Assembly: GCA_048939995.1 (NCBI GenBank)
Contig: JBHLOY010000001.1
Span: 1 to 64,000 of the forward strand
DNA from: Promethearchaeota archaeon
GTDB taxonomy: Archaea > Asgardarchaeota > Lokiarchaeia > Sigyniarchaeales > SOKP01
Direction: 5' to 3'
Length of the DNA: 64,000 bases
This document shows positions 60,288 to 64,000 of the stretch, piece after piece (the stretch's first letter is position 1; each line of letters opens with the position of its first letter). A model generated the notes under the pieces. It was not told the origin of the DNA, did not search any database, and saw only the letters and a list, made by a program, of their open reading frames with translations. The translations under genes and the position numbers were made by a program.

Positions 60288-61259
60288 TTAATCTAATAAT
60301 ATAGTATCAATCTTTTGTACTAAGTCAGAGGATAAAGGCCCTAATTCCAATGTTCTAGCATTTTCTTCAATTTGTGCAATTGTTTTAGCCCCCGGGATCG
60401 GGATTATAGTATCACTAATAGTCATGAGGTAACAAAGTTGGGCTTGAATTATTGTTATTCCTTCTTGATCTATCATATTTTTTAATTCTTGAAGCATTTT
60501 GTTAATTTTTTTGTATCGTTCTTGAGAAAAGTTAACTCCAGCAAGCATATGATCAGCTTCAATCTTAGATTGCTCATTGTATTTACCGGTTAGAATACCA
60601 GAAGCTAAAGGACTTCTTATTAATCCAATTAAATTGAATTTTTCGCAAAGTTGTATCATTTGTTCGTTTTTTAAAGTTAGGTTCATTGCGAATTGTACTG
60701 AATTGCAATTTTTACTTTTTGCGAATATCTGCATTCGATTTGGGTCGTCTGTACTCCATCCATAGCCGCCTATAATTCCCTCTTCTACTAAATCTTCTAA
60801 GATTAATTGTACTTCTTTAGCGTCATTAGGGTCATGCTGACTGGAATGGAATTGGTAAATATCAATATAATCGGTTTGAAGCCGCTCCATACTGGCTTCA
60901 ATAGCACTACGAATATACTCAGGACTAGTATTTTTCTTATCTGGAGTTAAAAGATTACCTTCCTCAAAAATACTTCCGAATTTTGTAGCGACTACAAGAT
61001 CATCTCTATATTCTTTTATGGCTTCTCCGAGAACTTTTTCACTTCTCCCTACTCCATATATATCTGCTGTATCAAAAAGATTAATTCCAAGCTCTATAGC
61101 CCTATGAATAGTTTTGATTGATTCTTGATCATTTACTTTTCCATACGCCAGATAAGTTCCATCAGAGCGCTTGAACGGTCCACCAAGAGCAAAGCATCCC
61201 ATTCCAAGAGCATTTATAGTTTTTTTACTTCCTTTAAGTTTTCTTTTTAACATAATCAC
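60288..61259 (-). CDS. Aldo/keto reductase
   Basis: GMGC, FDTADIYG, ATKFG, LQTDYIDIYQFH, SPLASG, PIPGAK. Confidence 0.93.
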   Translation of the reverse strand: MIMLKRKLKGSKKTINALGMGCFALGGPFKRSDGTYLAYGKVNDQESIKTIHRAIELGINLFDTADIYGVGRSEKVLGEAIKEYRDDLVVATKFGSIFEEGNLLTPDKKNTSPEYIRSAIEASMERLQTDYIDIYQFHSSQHDPNDAKEVQLILEDLVEEGIIGGYGWSTDDPNRMQIFAKSKNCNSVQFAMNLTLKNEQMIQLCEKFNLIGLIRSPLASGILTGKYNEQSKIEADHMLAGVNFSQERYKKINKMLQELKNMIDQEGITIIQAQLCYLMTISDTIIPIPGAKTIAQIEENARTLELGPLSSDLVQKIDTILLD

Positions 61260-61354
61260 TAATTTTTAAAAAATAAGTGTAACTTAATATAGCACTAATT
61301 ACTAACACTGTTTTACGTTCTATTAAAGAAATCTGCTGATATATAGTTTGAAAT

Positions 61355-61378
61355 ATTGAACTTCACTTGAAGTTTAAT
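61355..61378. promoter_or_regulatory. Imperfect 24-bp palindrome between divergent akr and TrmB-like genes
   Basis: ATTGAACTTCA-CT-TGAAGTTTAAT (10 of 11 arm positions pair). Confidence 0.35.
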
Positions 61379-61588
61379 CTTAATAAAGTTTTATGATATT
61401 TCCCTTCTTGTTTATTTTGAATGATTTGGATACTGAAAATAAAGAAATCCTTAAAATTAAAAATAATAAATATTATATTTTAGCATATAATTTGAAAATA
61501 TTATTATAGACTTTAAAATATAATAAAATTATTGAAAAGGAATTAATTTATAATAATATAACAGAATTTAAAAATTGGAGAAATACTT

Positions 61589-63844
61589 ATGACACTAAAA
61601 GAAATTACTAAGGAAATTTTCACGAGATATGGATTTACTGAGGAGCAAATCCTTATTTATCTAGTATATTTGAGAGTACCAAGAGCTACAGCTTCCGAAG
61701 TTTATCTAACATTAATGGATGGTCATGAAGAACTCACTTATGATAGTGTTTTAGAAATCACAGAATGGTTAGTTGATAAGGGATTTCTTAAAAAAATTAC
61801 TGGAATCGTGGATAGATTTATTCCACTTGAACCTTATTTTGAACTATACATTGGAGAGTCAGAGGGTTTTAGAGATGAAATTGCAAAAATTAAAGATCAT
61901 ATACTAGCTGATCAAGCTAAAAGGTTTGAAAAGCTAGAAGCAATTCAAGATAAAAGTATCAATGAAGTCGAAACTGCTGTTGATAACCAAATCAAAGCTT
62001 TCTTTTCGGATTCTGATACAAAAAATAATGATAAAAGGGAAAAGATTAATAACGCTCGAAATAGATTTACAGATACTTCCAAAACATTGGAAGAAAATCT
62101 CCATAACATTTTAGATACATTAAATATAGATTTAAAGGAAATTTCCGATTCTAAAATCAAGGAAAATGAGGATGGTGTTAATAAAACTAAAGATAATTTA
62201 ACTAATCTTATCTCTGATTTATTAAGTGATTTTTCAAAACGCGTTAATGATCTAGAAAAAGAACTAAAAAATGATTTAGATAATCATGTAGAGAGACACA
62301 AAACTATAGCTAGCGATTTAAAACCAAGAATGGAACAAATACTAGAAAAGTATTTAGAAAGAATGGATAAAATTGTTACCGATTTAAAAGAAAGAATTTC
62401 TCGTCTCTTAAAAGAACATCTTAATCATTTAAAGAACACCACCGATACACTTTCTACTAATTTGAAAGCAACTGTAGATGATAGACACCGAATCTTAACT
62501 GAACAAACAAATGAATTTAAAAGCATGACATTAACACTTATAGACAATCTTTTAGAGCATGCCAATCGATTTACTGATTTTTCAGCAGATATGGCTAAAA
62601 AAGGATTCTTCTGGATGGGTAAAAAGAAAAAGTATAAAGCGCGCCATGAAACCACAATCCAAAATATTTTAATATATACGGAGCCAATGAAAGATGGATT
62701 CATAGACGTAAGTGAGAATTATATCAAAGATACAAGGGATACAAACGAGACTCTAAAAGGTGAAATTACTGATATAATGATTAAGGAAAATGATAATGTA
62801 GTAACTGAAACTACAGATCTTGACCAGAAGGCTCAAGAAACCATTAACGTTCAACTAGAAACCTTAGCCACCGATATGGCTGGTGAAATCAATAATACCC
62901 TTACAAGTGGTGTAAAAGACTGTTCAGACACTACAATAAAGTTGAAGGATGGTTTAGAAAATGCACTCAAACAACACCACCGCCAATATGATGATGCAAT
63001 TAATAAACATAAGGATCTTTCATTAAAGCATTACACAGACTTTGATAGTGAAGTAAAACAAACAAAAGCGAATTGGATTAGAGAAGTGGATGATAAATTC
63101 ATTGCTGGAAAAGCAGATACATCCGAAAAAATTACGAATGAGATTAGTTTATGGGGGGATGAGTCAGCAGATTTAGATAGAAATTTAAGTCAAATGCTCA
63201 CAGATCATAAATCTAAATATGAACAAAACGCTAAGTCTCTTGAAAGTAGCTTATCTAACACGACGCAAGATACAACTCAAAATGTTAAAGATGTAATAGC
63301 TGATTTCACTCTTCAGTTTATGAATTCTATTGATGATGCAACTGAACTAGCAGAAAAGAATGAAGCTAAATTAAAGGATATATATAACGCTTCAGCAGCA
63401 ATCCCAGAGTTAGCTGAAGTAACAACTTGGCCAATAGTAGGAAAGGAAGCTATGATCGCTGCTATTAAGGATGCTGTCTTTAGAACTAAATCCTCGATAA
63501 TTGTTGTCATGCCATCTGTTATTCCTGAAGTTCTACAAGTTGTAAGTGAATATGCTTACCAGAAAAAAGCGGCGAGGTTTCTACTCACTAGTCATTGGGA
63601 TATGAGTCAATACGGTGATATTATAAGAAAAATGATGGCTCTTGGAAATATTCAGTTTAGACAACTTAGTAGCACAGGAGAATTTTTTGCTGTAACCCGT
63701 GATGCCGAGGAGGTAATTATAGGGCCTGCAACTGATAAAGAAAGTGAGATGATATCAATTGTATCAAACCAAATGCAGTATAGTATTTTGTATTCACAGT
63801 TCATCGGTCCTATTTTCCAGGCGAATAGCCGCCCTATTAAATAG
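61589..63844 (+). CDS. TrmB-like regulator with ~520-aa helical insertion
   Basis: N-terminal GFTEEQILIYLVYL...LVDKGFL...RFIPLEP wHTH; C-terminal WPIVGKEAMIAAIKDAVFRTKSSIIVVMP...TRDAEEVII TrmB effector/PLD-like domain. Confidence 0.75.
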   Translation: MTLKEITKEIFTRYGFTEEQILIYLVYLRVPRATASEVYLTLMDGHEELTYDSVLEITEWLVDKGFLKKITGIVDRFIPLEPYFELYIGESEGFRDEIAKIKDHILADQAKRFEKLEAIQDKSINEVETAVDNQIKAFFSDSDTKNNDKREKINNARNRFTDTSKTLEENLHNILDTLNIDLKEISDSKIKENEDGVNKTKDNLTNLISDLLSDFSKRVNDLEKELKNDLDNHVERHKTIASDLKPRMEQILEKYLERMDKIVTDLKERISRLLKEHLNHLKNTTDTLSTNLKATVDDRHRILTEQTNEFKSMTLTLIDNLLEHANRFTDFSADMAKKGFFWMGKKKKYKARHETTIQNILIYTEPMKDGFIDVSENYIKDTRDTNETLKGEITDIMIKENDNVVTETTDLDQKAQETINVQLETLATDMAGEINNTLTSGVKDCSDTTIKLKDGLENALKQHHRQYDDAINKHKDLSLKHYTDFDSEVKQTKANWIREVDDKFIAGKADTSEKITNEISLWGDESADLDRNLSQMLTDHKSKYEQNAKSLESSLSNTTQDTTQNVKDVIADFTLQFMNSIDDATELAEKNEAKLKDIYNASAAIPELAEVTTWPIVGKEAMIAAIKDAVFRTKSSIIVVMPSVIPEVLQVVSEYAYQKKAARFLLTSHWDMSQYGDIIRKMMALGNIQFRQLSSTGEFFAVTRDAEEVIIGPATDKESEMISIVSNQMQYSILYSQFIGPIFQANSRPIK

Positions 63845-64000
63845 AATTGGGAACTAATGATCTACGAGAATTAAAAACTGGAGCAATATGAGAAAACTAA
63901 GATAATCTATTGCTAAAAATTTATTTTTTCTTCTTATTTTTTATTATTATGAATTAATTTATTTATCAATCAATAAAATTTTGATATTTCTCCTTTAATA

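Noticed and set aside
1995-63510. Short ORFs overlapping longer genes (e.g. 1995-2321, 2875-3141, 3510-3761, 4787-5002, 13768-14070, 21451-21837, 26219-26452, 38398-38634, 40881-41174, 47045-47332, 62425-62703)
   Set aside because: They are antisense or alternate-frame shadows of well-supported genes, with no motifs and atypical composition.
1-64000. CRISPR array, transposase, integrase or provirus, including at the tRNA-Pro
   Set aside because: No regularly spaced repeats, no recombinase or transposase motifs, and no duplicated tRNA 3' end were seen.

Overview
Very AT-rich archaeal chromosomal window, most likely from a Lokiarchaeia/Promethearchaeota (Asgard) genome. The assignment rests on an archaeal core (HMf-type histone, TFB, proteasome beta, archaeal ProRS, Nog1, MfnE/MfnF) together with Asgard eukaryotic-signature proteins (gelsolin, longin, RING, PCI, MIT-like) and a Loki-CTERM-like tail. 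It holds about 57 CDS and one tRNA; no mobile element or CRISPR array was seen. Highlights not visible in the ORF track: (1) selD is a selenoprotein with an in-frame UGA at 4993-4995 and a eukaryote-type form II SECIS in its 3' UTR; (2) an intergenic box H/ACA-like guide RNA (19308-19388, minus) whose pocket matches 23S rRNA helix 69; (3) tRNA-Pro(CGG) with an atypical A37; (4) a 58-aa winged-helix gene after proS. The best candidate for an undescribed system is the tandem pair at 58173-60188: two surface proteins with paralogous ectodomains, one ending in a PIDD/Nup98/GAIN-like 'THFS' autoproteolysis motif just before its membrane anchor, the other coupled through a TM helix to a cytoplasmic double winged-helix regulator. 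Also notable: a TrmB-like regulator split by a ~520-aa helical insert with an FFW/polybasic motif at its exact midpoint, a HEAT-coiled-coil-PCI-beta-sandwich coat-like protein, a gelsolin sharing its Zn ribbon with a nearby small protein, a Thr1-less proteasome beta near a RINGv protein, and a PlsY-lipid kinase fusion. All calls come from reading motifs by eye; no database searches were run.
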